From the NCBI RefSeq assembly GCF_009914755.1, contig NC_060938.1: a stretch of DNA of 64,000 nucleotides; one strand, given 5' to 3'. The notes beneath the pieces are model-generated. The model did no database searches and was not told the origin of the DNA. It saw only the letters and a list, made by a program, of their open reading frames with translations. Origin of the DNA: the human T2T-CHM13v2.0 reference genome, Homo sapiens. Each line of letters begins with the position of its first letter. Positions within the stretch are counted from its first letter, which is position 1. Shown here piece by piece: positions 1-13,780 of the stretch. A program made the position numbers and the translations under genes.

Positions 1-240
1 TGAATGGTGAGAACACATGGACACATAGGGGAGACCAAAACACAGTGGAGCCTGTCAGGGTAGAGGTGGGGGGAGGGAGAGCATCAGAAAGAATAGCCAA
101 TGAATGCTGTGCTTAATGCCTAGGTGATGGGATGATCTGTGCAGCAAACCATTATGGCACACATTTACCTATGTAGCAAACCTGCACATCCTGCAAATGT
201 ACCCCTGAAGTTAAAATAAAAGTTGAAAAAAGAAAAAAAA
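1..240 (+). mobile_element. L1 3'UTR and poly(A), older primate L1PA (about PA13-16); continues upstream of window
   Basis: GAGAACACATGGACACA...AACCTGCACATCCTGCAAATGTACCCCTGAA..AAAATAAAA followed by an A-tail. Confidence 0.9.
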
Positions 241-455
241 ATGTGTGTGGCAACTCCCCCCTTTGTCTTGCTCACACTCTCATCACGTGAGGTGACTACC
301 CCTGCTTCACCTTCTGCCATAATTGTTCCTGAGGCTGTCACCAGAAGCAGATGCTGGAGCCATGTCGGTGCAGCCTGAAATACTGTGAGCCAATTAAACC
401 TCCTTTCTTTATAATAACCCAGCCTCAGGTATTTTTTAATAGAAATGCAAAAGGA
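241..455 (+). mobile_element. MaLR LTR 3' half (MST-like), cut by the upstream L1
   Basis: CCAGAAGCAGATGCTGG...TGTGAGCCAATTAAACCTC...CCCAGCCTCAGGTATT, typical of an MST LTR end. Confidence 0.8.
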
Positions 456-589
456 GCCCCCAAACCAGAGTTGCTTTTTAATTGTGTGTAATTCTTAGGG
501 TGGCCTAGAAAAAAATCACTGTTCATTCATCATTTTACAGAGGCCATGTCACAGAAGGAACTGTACTCACTGTATCCACCTAGTTTACC

Positions 590-3334
590 CTTTGGCTGGA
601 AATATTAGAAAATGTAAAACAAGATATTTCATCATAGTATAATGTCTTCACAAATTTTTCAAATGAAAAGAAAATGCAGCTGTAACCAAAGTTGTTTTCT
701 CTGTGACACATTTGTTATTGAGCTCTGCACAGCAAAATAATCTATCAACAGAGTACACAGACAAGCTACAGGATGGGAGAACATTTTTGCAAACTATACA
801 TCAGACAAAGGTTTGATTTCTAGCATCTATAAGGAACTTAAACAATTTTATAAGAAAAAATGAATAACCCCATAAAATAGTGAGCAAAGGACATGAACAG
901 ACACTTTTCAAAAGAAGACATATATGTGGCCAGCAAATGTATGAAAAAAAGCACACATGAAAGAAAGACCATTAGAGAAATGCAAATCAAAACCACAATG
1001 TAATACCATCTCATACCAATCAGAATGGCTATTACATAAAAAGTCAAAAAACAACAGATATTGTCGAGGTTGTGGAGAAAAAGAAATGCTTATACACTGT
1101 TGGGGGTGTAAATTAGTTCAACCGTTGTGAAAGACAGAGGGTGATTCCTCAGAGACCTAAAGGCAGAAGTAATATTTGACCCAGCAATCCCATTACTGGG
1201 TATACACCCAAAGGAATAGAGATTATTATGTTATAAAGACACAGGCACGTGTATGTTCACTGAAACACTATTCACAATAGAAGACAGGGAAAAAAAACCT
1301 AAATGCCCATCAATGATAGACTGGATAAAGAAAATGTGGTACATATATACCATAGAATACTAGGCACCCATAAAAGAGGAACAGATAATGTCCTTTGCAG
1401 GGACATGGATAGAGCTGGAGGCCATTTTCCTTAGAAAAACTAATACAGGAACAGAAAATCAAATACTCCATGTTCTCACTTGTAAGTGGGAGGTAAATGT
1501 TGAGAACATATGGACACACAATGGAAAACCACAGACACTGGGGCCTATCTGAGCATGAAAAGTGGGAGAAGGGAGAGGATCAGGAAAAATAACTAATGGA
1601 TACTAGGCTTAATACATGAGTGGTGAAATAATCTGTACAACAAAGCCCCATGACACAACTTTACCTATGTAACAAACCCGCATATATGCCCCTGAACTTA
1701 AAATAAAACTTAAAAACAATTTAAACCACTTATCAATAGTGAGTTAATTAAATCATATTTAACTGAAGCAACTGAAGAAATGTTTCCAGAGAAAACAAAC
1801 TTTTTAAGAGTGGTTAGGCTTTTGGTGAGAACACCTGTTTGAATAGTTGTGGAAATTCTAAGCAACATAAATAATAAAGAAGAACAGCTCAAAGTAAAAA
1901 GCAAGACATGTAAAATAAACAAAATTTCAAGTAGCTTTCCTTGTGTCAAATGTTACAGATACTATTTAGTTACCGTTTTTTATTTGAAGCCTTAATGTCA
2001 AGTTAGAAGTGACTATAGAACTAGCTTCTATCTGGAGTCTATGTGGAACAAGTGTAGGGGAGTCTATTTTCAAGAGGGCTGAGAAAACAGTAATGAGATA
2101 CAACCTGAAATGGAATTTGCTAAGATGTGTTAAAACTGGTATGTGTTGGGCCCAAAATGCTTAATTAGATAAATTTACAAAGGTGGTAAAAATGTAAGCC
2201 ATTTAAATTTGATGTTTATTCATTGCATCTTTTATCAGCAGGTACTTTGTGGAAAACATTTGAATATTTTATTAAGCCAGTAGTAACAATAGTAAACTCA
2301 AGTCACTCTCAGGGAATTAACCATCATAACTTCTCTAATTTTTAGTGAGAAATACAAGCTGAATGTTCCTACTTGCTTAACCACACAGTAGTTCAATTGC
2401 TTAGTGAAAGTAAAGTTTTATTGTGACTTTTAGAAATCACTTTTGTTATTTAAAGGTTTATGAATGAGTGGAAACACCCTCAACCACTGTTATCAATTAC
2501 CAAATGGCTTTGGAAATTAATTTTGCTGCAGACTTGATAATATGTCTTGATTAATTCAATCTAAAATTCCAAGCAAAACACTGATTAAATATAAAGTATT
2601 TGATAACAACTAACATATTTTAATTACAAGTTATGTCAGCTGCTTTACACATTTCTGTGATGTTAAAAAAAATTAAAAGCAGAAATGGAATTTCAATTCC
2701 TGGACAAATTTGCAGCAGATGTTTTTCAAGCTCAAATTTTATTTCTAGCCATGTTTTTCTGCCCATGAGGCTGATGAAAAGGCTATTTCAATATTTCAAA
2801 CTTCATTTACCTCTGCCATTGAGGAGCTTCTACTTAGCTTTCAACTGGATGCAATTTATCTGAAACACAGTGACATACTAAAAGTAAATATTTTTTAAAA
2901 AAAGAATTCTATATGGTTTCCAGGCTATAGATATACTAATTTAAAATCACGTTTTCAGAGACTGACACCAAAATTTGCAGTTCCTAACTGTGAGAAAAGA
3001 AATTTTAAGATGTAATACAAATAAATCTAATTACAGATCAATATTAATAGTTAAAAATTTGCAACGGATTTTGACTACAGCAAACATTAACTCCGAACCC
3101 CAATAAGCAAAATGTTTTGCTCTCTAAAAGTATAAAATCAAGTTATTCTTATGAGTAGACCAGCGTCACAAAAAGGTGGTAAATTTTTATTGTTTTATAA
3201 ATCTTGTCAATAAAAATTACATAAATTTATTTTCTCTTCCATCATATAACTATCTATTTATCATTGATGTCGCATCTTGGCCAGCAAACCTTAAACTACT
3301 TATTAGTTTTGTAGAAAATATTTACTGAGTACTG
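590..3334 (+). mobile_element. Decayed hAT (Charlie/Cheshire-MER58 type) DNA transposon with transposase remnant, split by an L1
   Basis: Manual translation gives ENAAVTKVVFSVTHLL // KPLINSELIKSYLTEATEEMFPEK, ELASIWSLCGTSVGESIF..YNLKWNLLRCV, FIHCIFYQQVLCGK and NHTVVQLLSESKVL (hAT motifs KPFxDGE, CxxH, HTEVRWLSxG). A MER58-like terminus lies near 3280-3334. Confidence 0.75.
720..1712 (+). mobile_element. 5'-truncated L1 (about L1PA15/16): ORF2 C-terminus and 3'UTR
   Basis: AGAGAAATGCAAATCAAAACCACAATG, GACCCAGCAATCCCATTACTGGG, and 3'UTR ending CCTGAACTTAAAATAAAA. Confidence 0.9.
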
Positions 3335-4000
3335 AGTTAGAAATAATATTATTTCTTTTCAAATGTATCAAGCTATTTCTTTTCCTTGGCAATTTAAAAA
3401 TATATAACAATTTAAAATAAATATACATTAAGTTACTGTTTTATCCTTCCTGAACAATTGCTATCATAAGGAACCTCCCCATTAAGTTAAAGCCTAATGA
3501 ATTGACCATCAACTTTTACTGGCTTACTTTTCTGATTAGAATTAGTACATAAACATAACTTTGTTACTCTTTTTAAAATGCTTAGAAAAATTACAATATC
3601 ATAGTTCACATAAGTCCGTTTAAAAATTTCATGTCACAAGTTTTTGACATAAGGGTAAATAATGATGGCATTCTTAAAAAGACTCTTGGTAGATACACTA
3701 CTAAGCAGCTTACATACACGGCACCAACAACTACAATTTTTAGTACCAGAACTATTGCCAACTTGCATGAAGTTCATCTGTCACATTTTAAAATGCTTTG
3801 AATTTGAACATACACACCATGGCGCAGAATTTTAAATTTAATGATTAAATCAGGTATGTAGTAATAGTTAAAAATTATATCCTGAAAATAGGGAAACCAG
3901 GAATAAGGCTTAATACAAGCTGTGACTAACAAAGAGTATTTTAAAACACAAATACCAGACTTTTATTTTATTAATCAGATTCAGTTTTTCCTTTGGTAGA

Positions 4001-4523
4001 TGTGATGGTTAATATTGAGTGTCAACTTCACTGGCTTGAAGGATGCAATGTATTGTTCCTTGGTGTGTCTGTGAGGGTGTTGCCAGAGGAGATTAACATT
4101 TGAGTCGGTGTACTGGGAGAGGCAGACTCATCCTCAATCTTGGTGAGCACAATCTAATCAGCTGCTTGTTCAGCTAGGATAAAAACAGGCAGAAGAATGT
4201 TGAAGGAATAGACTAGCTTAGTCTTCCAGGCTAAACCTTTCTCCTGTGCTGGATGCTTCCTGCCTTTAAACATCAGGTAAACTCCCAAGAGTTTCAGCTT
4301 TGGGACTCTTGCGCCTTTAACCACAGACTGAAGGCTGCACTGTTGGCTTCCACACTTTCGAGGTTTTGGGACTTGGACTGGCTTCTTTGCTCTTCAATTT
4401 GTAGATGGCCTATTGTGGGACTTCACCTTGTGATTGTATGAATCAATACTCCTTAATGAACTCCTCTTTGTACATACGTGTATCCTATTGCTTCTGTCCC
4501 TCCTGAGAACCCTGAGTAATACA
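4001..4523 (+). mobile_element. MLT2A-type ERVL solo LTR
   Basis: TGTGATGGTTAATATTGAGTGTCAACTT ... GAGAACCCTGAGTAATACA with TG..CA termini. Confidence 0.9.
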
Positions 4524-5054
4524 CTACCCATTTAAACCACTAATGCTGCTATTCAAATTTGTATTTTGAAATTTCTGAGTTACTCTTAAAAAGCAATCTT
4601 ATATTGTATGTTTCACTTTGCCCTTTAAATGGGTAAAACTATCCTCTTTTTACTCCTGTTACTCAGAATAAGTCTTCCTCCCCAAATCAACTGCACTTTT
4701 CCTCCTGTTAAATACAAACAGAGAGAAAAATGCATTTAAGAGAATATGAGAAAAAATGTGAAAATTTTACAGGTAGGGATGGAATGGAATGTTTAATGTT
4801 GATGTCATGGAGTTACAAAGTGGCTTTGCTGGCATTCAAATCTCCTCACTTAGCTATTTCTGAGACTTTTAAGAGTTATAATGTATAACTATGGAATTAA
4901 TTTTTTCTTATACACTAAATGAGTTTGATATCTTCAAAATAGTCAAGTTAAGCCTTCACATTCATTCCAGTGAGATATAGTTTTCATGCAAAATATTTTT
5001 AGAATTTCAGTTTTCAAATCACCTTAGAAAGTATATTCTTAGATATAAAGCTTC

Positions 5055-6395
5055 TAGAAGAGAAAACTTCAGGTGCAATAGTTTCATTGGTGAATTCTAA
5101 CAGATAGATTAGCAGAAAATAATATCAATTATATACAATTTGTTTTCCAGAAAATATAGGAGAGAAAGGACTGCAACCTTGTATCATAAGGTTAATATTG
5201 CCATCAAACAAAATAAAGGAGTAAAAAATAGAACTAGAAAAAAAAAGACCAATATTTTTCATAAAGATAAACACAAAAATTCTAAACAAAACAGAAATAA
5301 GCTGAATCTGGTAGCATATACAATATTTAATATGCTATGCCCAAGCAGAACTTCTCAGGAATGCAAGCTCAGTCCAAACCTTAAAATTAATTAATTCAAT
5401 CAACATATTAACACACAAAATAAACCACATGATCCTACCAATTGATACCCAGAATGTATTTAATAAAATACAACTTACATTCATGATAAAAACAAACAAA
5501 CAAAAAACAAAACCAACTTTTTCAGCAAACTAGGAACAAAAAAAAATTTTCTATCATGATAAAAGACATTTAAAATTTCATGTCTGATAAAACACTTAAT
5601 GGAAAAAAAAAGAATGATTTCCCCCTAAGATTGTGAACAAGGAAATGACGTCAACTCTGGCTACTCCTATTCAACATCATATCAGAAGTAGTAGCCAGTG
5701 CAGTAAGAGAAGTAAAAGATTTATGGTTTATACAGAATAGAAAAGAAGGAGTAAAAGTCTCTATTCAAAGATAGCATGATTATATACACAGAAAATTCCA
5801 GAGATGCCACAATAAATCTTCCACAACTAATTAGTGATTTAACAAAACCAGAGGATAAAAAGGCACCATAAAGAAAGCAATCATAATTATATTTACCAGC
5901 AATAATTAGAAAATGAAACTTATTAAGTAAACATTTAAATTAGCTTCAAAAATTCAACAGTCATGTGTAAATACAACTAAACATATGGAGGATTTGTAGG
6001 CTAAAAGTTACTAAATGCTGGAGAAAAAATTCAAGCTGACCTAAATAATAGCAGAGACCTGCTATGTTTATCAAAGTCTGAAAACAATTAAGATATTAAT
6101 TCTTTTCAAATTTATCCATAGATGTATTCCATTTTAAATCAAAATCACAGCAGGATATATTTTTATCATAGATAAGCTGATTTTTAAAATGTATAAGTCA
6201 CAGAAACTGAATGAATAAAACAATTTTGAAAGATAAAGTAACAAAACTTACATTATGTTGAGACTTTCTATAAAGCAAAAATAAGACAATGTTGTATTGG
6301 TGAAAGTATAGACACATAGATCAATGGAACAAAATTGACAGCCCAGAAATAGAACTTCATGTGTCTGGCAAATTGAATGTTGACAAAGGTGCAGA
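5055..6395 (+). mobile_element. Ancient L1M ORF2 fragment (degenerate)
   Basis: Recognisable ORF2 blocks: CCACATGATC, CTCCTATTCAACATCATA, GACACATAGATCAATGGAACA, TTGACAAAGGTGC. Confidence 0.8.
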
Positions 6396-7004
6396 TCTTA
6401 ATAATACAGTTGGAACACCTAGTATTTCTCAAAAGTAACTGAGTTATAAAATGATTCTAAAGATCAATGTCCTTAAATATCTAGTGCTGCATATAATAAT
6501 TTCTGATATTTTGGTACTAATTTTCCCCATATAATATTCAATGACTAAAATAATTAAAAATTATTTAGTGTGTAAGTCTTCCTGCTTGCTGATTCTGATT
6601 CTGTAATTAATCTTGTGTACTATACTTCTCAACTAGCCTAAATTTGATCTTCTTTTTTAGGGTTTTTATGTACGTTCACCTATATAAGACATAGTTTATG
6701 TCATAAACTATTTCTAAACTAAATTAAACACATGAAGAACTCTAGCAATTTTTTATGACACTATGCCATTTAGAAAATCAATAATTTCTCCCTGTATTTC
6801 AATGTTTCAGGACCCTCAGTCTGCCTTAAACATTTTTGTACAATGTTCAGATCTTAGCCATTATGACTTCTACCAACTTAGAGATATTCAAATTAAAAAC
6901 TCTCTGTTTTTCATTCAAATCCCCTGGGAGACTAAACTGTATAGAGGATCAGGCTTCTGTCACTCTCACACAAAATATCCAAAACTTAAATTTCATTTTC
7001 TTTT

Positions 7005-7160
7005 TGGTAATTAGTATGTACCATGCACTTTTCTAGGTCCTGGAATACAACAATGAATAAATACATAAGCAAGTTTGTTCTCGGGGCTTTTGCAATTGAA
7101 TAGGAGAAACAATGTGCATTTAACAATTTCAAATTATGGTACATCCTGTGAAGGTCCTTG
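7005..7160 (-). mobile_element. L2 3' fragment
   Basis: TATGTACCATGCACTTTTCTAGGTCCTGGAATACAACAATGAATAA resembles the L2 terminal region. Confidence 0.5.
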
Positions 7161-8761
7161 TTAACTATTGAAATATCTGCTCCAGAGATTAGTGAGTCTG
7201 TCAGTGAGGCAGTCAGAAGAGTTCAAGAAGGACATGAGCCCCTTTACTCTGGTTAGTAATGCACTATCTCATCAAACTTTCATGCAGAAATAAGCTCTTT
7301 TTGAGAAAAGCAGAAAAGTTATCCTTTTGCTTTTGTCAGCGCCTTACATAGCCCCATGCCAGTTCCCTGAAATTCATGGAGTTGCAGGACCTCTGGATAC
7401 AACTGTTCTCAATCATCAAATGGGATACCAAATGGAAAATACTACAGCCCTGAGTGTTATCTCAGCTATATAGCTACATCTTTATTGATGTGCCAAAGTC
7501 AACAACCTTTGGAATAATTCAGCTTAAAGGTGAATTATCCAGGGTTACATTCACCTTTCAACAGAAGTATGGATTGCTCATTCCAAATGACTCCTTTGGG
7601 ATGATCAAGGGCTAGTGTTTTTGACTATATAAATTATTCAGCTGAAAATAATTGCCAGGCTCTCAGTTGTCACTCAGAAATCATTGGCCAATTCCCCAGC
7701 CTAAAGTTTTGGGGCACACTAAGTTATTTCAAAATCTAGAAAGCAGTTCCTTAGATTTCCTGGCCTTGGCTCACAGACCTTTGGAAAGATGTATTTAATG
7801 TTATGTAATTATATCCTTTAGCAAAATGCTGAATAGAGAGAAAATAATAAAATACAAAATAATAATAATATTTGGAGAAGTGATTTCCAAATAACAAATT
7901 TGTTATTTATTGAGATAATCTCTTTTAAATGGTGGTGCTTTGTGAGGTCTAGGCAGGTTAGAAGCTCTGGTGCTGTTTAAAAGCCTAGAGTGACTGAAGG
8001 CATATGTTTTGCACCATAAGGCTAAAGTTGGGATAAAGTAAACAGCAAGCACATTCTGAACTCTACTGTCCTTCAACATGTAAGTTAATGATTTTTCATA
8101 ATAATCATAATAAAGCATTGTTTTAATCCTAATGTAGAAATCCACTATCTAATTATTGGCAACCACAGGTTAAGGAGGAAGGGACAAAATTACATGTAGT
8201 TTCTCATGAAGGATACATGGCAGTTTTCATTTCTGAAGCATTATTTTTTAATACCATGCCAGTGTTTTAGAAAAGTCACTATTAGTTAACAGGATAATTT
8301 ATAATGCCCTAAAGCAGATTTCAATGCCTATTGTCCAGTTTGAAACTTTCTAGGGGTATTTTTATGTGAAATCTTGATGTTCAGGAGGTGTACCCCAAAT
8401 CTCTTTGTATAGAACCTATCTGATTATAATACAGGGTGAAACTGAGAAACCAAAACTTTAATATATACTCATCCTTTGTTTTACTTCTGCATAGCTATTC
8501 TTAATTCTATACACTCATTTCTTTTAGCTAATTAAATAACTACCCATAGGCCTTTATTTAAATGGCCATTACAAACATAATCATGTATAAACTGGTAGTA
8601 ATATAACAAACATAATTGACATAAATATATCACTTTAAATACATAGGTTTGTAATCTGTATTTCTTATATTACAGAATAAAAGCTAATGAAAACTTTAAA
8701 GAGAAGTGGCTCAGTAAAGTTGAGTTAATGTTTCTAAAACACATGGTAGATATTTTTCTTG

Positions 8762-8898
8762 CTATATATATATGTATATATGTATATGTACATGTAGATA
8801 TACATATGTATACATACATGTATAAACATATATACATTTATCGTGTGTATATATGTATATATACAGATGTATACATATATATACACACTAACACACAC
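8762..8898. repeat. (TA/TG/CA)n low-complexity microsatellite
   Basis: Alternating TATATG/TACATA/CACA run. Confidence 0.85.
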
Positions 8899-9200
8899 AA
8901 AATAAATGTTTGACCTGGAAAAGGGTAGCCCTCCAATATTGTGACCTTACCTGCTACTCCTTCTTCAAGATAGAAACTTGTGTTTTCTATGCTGGCATGT
9001 ATAATAAGGTAGAAAACATTGATCAGAAATAAAAATATCCTGAGATCTCCAAACGAACACTTCATTTCTTTTGCCAAAGAATGACACAAATGAACTTGCT
9101 TCTTATTTTTATTGAAATGGAAAGGGTGCATTCCACTTCCTGAGTATTTCAAAATAAATAAGTAATATTTATTAAATACTTACAGACACATAATGGTATT

Positions 9201-9565
9201 GGTATTTGTCCATCCTTATGCTTCCATAAGGACATACCCAAGACTGGGTAATTTATGAAGGAAAGAGGATTAACGGACTCACAGTTCCACATGGCTGGGG
9301 AGGACTCACAATAATGGCAGAAGGCAAAATAGGAGCAAAGGTATGCCTTACATGTCTGCAGGCAAGAAAGTGTGTGTAGGGGAACTGCCCTTTATGAAAC
9401 CATCAGATCTCATGAGACTTACTCACTATCATGAGAACAGGATGGGAAAAACCTGCCCCCAGGATTCAGTTATGTCCCACCCGGTCCCTCCCATAACATG
9501 TGGGGATTATGGGAGCTATAATTCAATGTGAGATTTGGGTGAGGACACACAGCCAAACTGTATCA
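9201..9565 (-). mobile_element. THE1 (C/D-like) solo LTR
   Basis: ACATACCCAAGACTGGGTAATTTAT...GAGATTTGGGTGAGGACACACAGCCAAACTGTATCA; flanks GTATT/GGATT are a 4/5 TSD. Confidence 0.9.
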
Positions 9566-9749
9566 GGATTAAATTATTTAAATTGAGGTTCAATATGTCA
9601 TTTAATATTTTATCAAATTAAAGTATCAAAAATATTTGATTTACATAACAGTCAAATAAAATCCACGTTAGGATATTATGAATATATTTATACATTTTGT
9701 AATTAAAATATTTTTGCATGAAAAATATAATTATTGCATTTATGAGAGT

Positions 9750-10767
9750 ACAGACACCTTTAGTTTCAGTTACGACATGTAAAGAGCTTTGAAGTCATCA
9801 CAAGATGAAAGCAGAAAGAGATGCAAAAGTTAGCCTCTCTGAGGCAGACTACTTAGGGAAATTCCAAGTCAATAGGGCAGAAGAAACCTAAACAGTGTAG
9901 GAATTTGAGCCAGTGACAACTACAGCTACACAAAGCACTAAGCAGAGTCAGATTCCTAGACAGATTAAGATAAAACTACACGGTAAAGACTTTGGTTCCT
10001 GTTACTCATTACAATATGCTTGGATTTCAACACAAAGTTACAGGAATGTCAAAAGGCAAGAAAAAACACAATCTGAAGAGACAAAGTAGGCATCAGAACC
10101 AGACTCAGATATGATTCTAATGTTAGATTATCAAATAAGAAAGTAAAAATAATTATGATTAATATTTTAAAGGTTCTAGTGTAACTGTAGACAATATCAA
10201 GAATAGATGACTAGTGTAAACACAGATATAAAAATACACAAAAGAATCACAATGAAATGCTAGGAATAAGAAATGCTACAACAAAAATAAATGCCTTTAA
10301 TAGAAATATTAACATACTATAGACATGTGAGGAAACAAAGTGACCTTGAAAATAGGTCAATAGAAACAATATCTATATGCAAAGATAAAAATGAATGAAA
10401 ATAAGCAAATAGAATACTCAACAACGAAAAGCAATTCTGTAAAATATATATTGTACATGCTATTGGGACAGAAACAAAAATAATGGTGCAAAAAATTTGA
10501 AGTAATAATGTCTAAATAATTTCCCGAGTTAATAATGGAAACAAGACAGTAGAGAAACCCACAAGCAGGATAAACACCAAATAAATAAACAAATAAGTAA
10601 AACACTTAGGCATATCATAATAGAACTGCAAGAAAACAAATGCAGAGAAAAAATATTTTAAAAAGCCAAGGGAAAACAAAATTTTACATATGGAAAAAAG
10701 GTAATAATTCCAGGGTCTTATCATTGGAAACTACAGAAGGAAGAGAGTGGAGTACATTTTAAAAATA
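9750..10767 (+). mobile_element. Ancient L1M 5'/ORF1-region fragment
   Basis: AATCTGAAGAGACAAAG..CATCAGAACCAGACTCAGATATG, AAAACACTTAGGCATATCATA, A-rich ORF1-like composition. Confidence 0.65.
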
Positions 10768-13130
10768 TATTATTTTATTTTAGATTCATGGGTACATGTA
10801 CAGGTTTTTTACATTAATATACAATGTAATGGTGAGATTTGGGGTGCCAGTGAACCCAACACTCAAATAGTGAACATTGTACAAATTAGTAATTTTTATA
10901 GACTGCTGTCCAGAAGAGTTCATCCTAGGTTTTGTAATAAGATTTTTTACATTTTCAGGTCACACATTTAATTCTTTAATTTATCTTTGGCTGATCGTTG
11001 TATCTGGTAAAAGACAGGGGTCCAGTTAGAATCTTCTGCATATGGTGAGACAATTTTCCCAACACCATTTAATAAAGTATCCTTTCCTCATGGTTTAGTT
11101 TTGTGAACTTTGTTGAGGATCACTTGGTGGCAGATAAGTGGCTTTATTTCTTGGTTCTCTACTTTTTATCATTGATTTATAAGTCTATTTTTGTACCAGT
11201 ACCACGCTGTCTGGGTTACTATAGACTTATAAAATAGTTCAAAGTCAGGTTATATGGTGTCTGTGGCTTTGTTCTTTTTGCTTAGGATTGCTTTCACTCT
11301 TTTTTGGTTTCATATATATATTTAGAGATTGTGTTTTCTAATTCTGTGAGAAATGATGTTGGTAATTTGTTCAAAATTACACCAAATCCATAGATTGATT
11401 TGGTCAGTAAAGTCATTTTAACATTATTAATTCTTCCATGAGCATGAGATGGTTTTCCATTAGTTTGTGTCATGTACAATTTCTTTCATCAGTGTTTTCT
11501 AGTTTCCCTTCTAGAGGTATTTTACCTCTTTTGTTAAGTGTATTTCTAGTTTTTTTGTGGCTATAGCAAATGGGCTTGAGTTCTTGATTTTGTTCTCAGC
11601 TTGAGCATTTTTATTGAACAAAAATACAACTGATTAATTTTACATTGATTTTGTATCCTGAAACTTTAATGATGTTTTTTATTAAGTCTCAGAGTCTTTT
11701 GACGGAGTCTTACTTTTCTGCCTATAAGACTGTGTGATCAGGAAACAAAACATTTGCCTTTCTATTTTTTAATTTGCATGCCTTTTATTTCTTTCTCTTG
11801 CCCAGTTGCTCTGGCTAGGACTTCCAGTACTATGTTGGATACAAGAGTGGTGAGAGTGTACATCCTTGTCTTGAGTTGTTCTTAGGGGAATGTTTTAAAC
11901 TTGTCTTCACTCAGTATGATGTTGGTGGTAGTTTTGTCACATATGGCTCTTATTATGTTGAGGTATGTTTCGTTGATGCTTAATTTGTTGGGGTTTTTTT
12001 CATGAGAGATGTTGAATGTTATTGAAAGGTTTTCTACATCTTTAAAATTATTATTTTTTTTTGTTTTTCATCCTGCTTATGTGGTGAATCGCATTTCATT
12101 ATCAGGATGATAGTGGTTTCTTAGAATGAGTTAGGGAACAATCCTTCTTCCTCCATTTTTTAATAATACTTTCCGTAATATTGTTACTAGCTCTTCTTTG
12201 TGTATCTCGTAAAATTTGGATGTAGGTCTTTCTGGTCATGTGCTTTTTTGTTGTTGGTGGTAGACTTTTTTATTACTGATTCAGTTTCATCACTTCTTAT
12301 TTGTCTGTTCAGCATTTCTATTTTTTTTTTCTGGTTTGAACTTGGGAGGTGTAATGTTTTCAGCAATTTATCATTTTTTTCTAGGTTTTCTAGATTGTGC
12401 ACATAGAGAGCTTAGGTCATTAATTTGAGAACTTTTTATCTTTTGATGTAGGAATTTTGTGTTATAAACTTTCCTTTTAGTACTGATTTTGCTATATCTC
12501 AGAGGTTTGGGTATATTGTGCCTCTACTTTCATTCCGTTCTAAATATTTTTAAATTTCTGCCTTAATTTCATTGTTTACCAAAAAGTCATTCATGAGCAA
12601 CTTGTTTAGTTTTCACATACTACTATAGTTTTAGGAGTTCCTCTTGGTGTTTACTTACAATTTTATTCTGCTGTGGTCCAAGGAGATACTTAATCTGATT
12701 TAGATTTCTATGAACATATTGAGACTTGCTTTGTGGCCAAGCATACGATAAATTTTGGAGGATGTTCCAAGCACAGGTGAGAAAAAATGTATATTTGGCA
12801 GCTGTGGGGTGTAATGCTCTGTGATATCCATTAGGTTTGTTTGGTCAAGAATGCTGTTCAAGTCCTGAGTTTCTTTTCTAGTTTTCTGCCTTAATAATCT
12901 TACTAATGCTGCAGTAGCCAGTGGGGTGTTGAAGTCTCACACTATTATGATATTGCTATCTAGCACTTTTCTTAATTCTAGTCGTATTTGCTTTATAAAT
13001 CTAGTTGCTCCAGTGTTGGGTACATATATATTTAGTATTGTTAAACCTTCTTATGGAGTTGATCATTTTATCATTACATAATGCCCTTATTTGCCTTTTC
13101 ATTGCTGCTCATTTAAAGTTGTTTTATCAT
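10768..13130 (-). mobile_element. L1 (L1PB/PA16-like) with internal deletions: 3'UTR tip joined to ORF2
   Basis: 3'UTR end at 10768-10897 abuts antisense ORF2, which runs back to the EN region (GGGGTGTTGAAGTCTCACACTATTAT, CTCCAGTGTTGGGTACATATATATTTAG). Confidence 0.85.
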
Positions 13131-13179
13131 ATTTCTCATTTTTTTAACATTACTTATAATTATATACTTATACTTCTTT

Positions 13180-13780
13180 ACATTTTCAGCTTTTATTTTA
13201 GATTCAAGGGGTACACATGCATATCTGTTACATGGGTATATTGTGTCACACTAAGGATTGTAGTGTAAGTGATTCTGACAGCAAGGTAGTGAGCCTAGAA
13301 CCCAATAGGTAGCTTTTCAGCCTTTGTCCCCTTCCCTCTCTCCCCACTCTATTAGTCTCCAGTGTCTATTTTTCCCATCTTTAGGTCCATAGGTACCTGA
13401 TATTTAGTTCCCACTTATAAGGGAGAACATGCAGTATTTGATTTTCTGTTCCTGCATTAATTCACTTAGGTTTATGGCCTCCAATTCCATGTATGTTGTT
13501 GCAAATGACATGATTTTATTCTATTATATGCCTGTGTCATATTCCATGGTGTCCTGTTCCATATTTACTTTATTAAATCCACTATTGATAGGAATCTATG
13601 TCTAATCTATAGTCTTTGTTATTGTGAATAGTGCTGGAATGAACATATGAGTGCATGTGCCTTTTTTGTAGAATAGTTTATTTTCCTTTGGATATATACC
13701 CAGTAATGGGACTGCTGGATTGAATGGTAGCTCTGTTTTAAGTTCTTTGAGAAATCACCAAATCACTTTCCACAGTGGCA
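13180..13780 (-). mobile_element. L1 3' end (about L1PA15/16)
   Basis: TTTTATTTTAGATTCAAGGGGTACA...CCCACTTATAAG.GAGAACATGCAG...ATACCCAGTAATGGGA. Confidence 0.85.

Noticed and set aside
4020-4045. DUX4-responsive MLT2A promoter
   Set aside because: The recalled consensus site TTGATTGGATTG reads TTCACTGGCTTG here, so activity cannot be supported.
3995-4528. Inverted rather than direct flanks at MLT2A (GGTAG/CTACC), and similarly TACCAT/ATGGTA at LTR12/30
   Set aside because: 5-6 bp matches, offset from the termini; compatible with chance.
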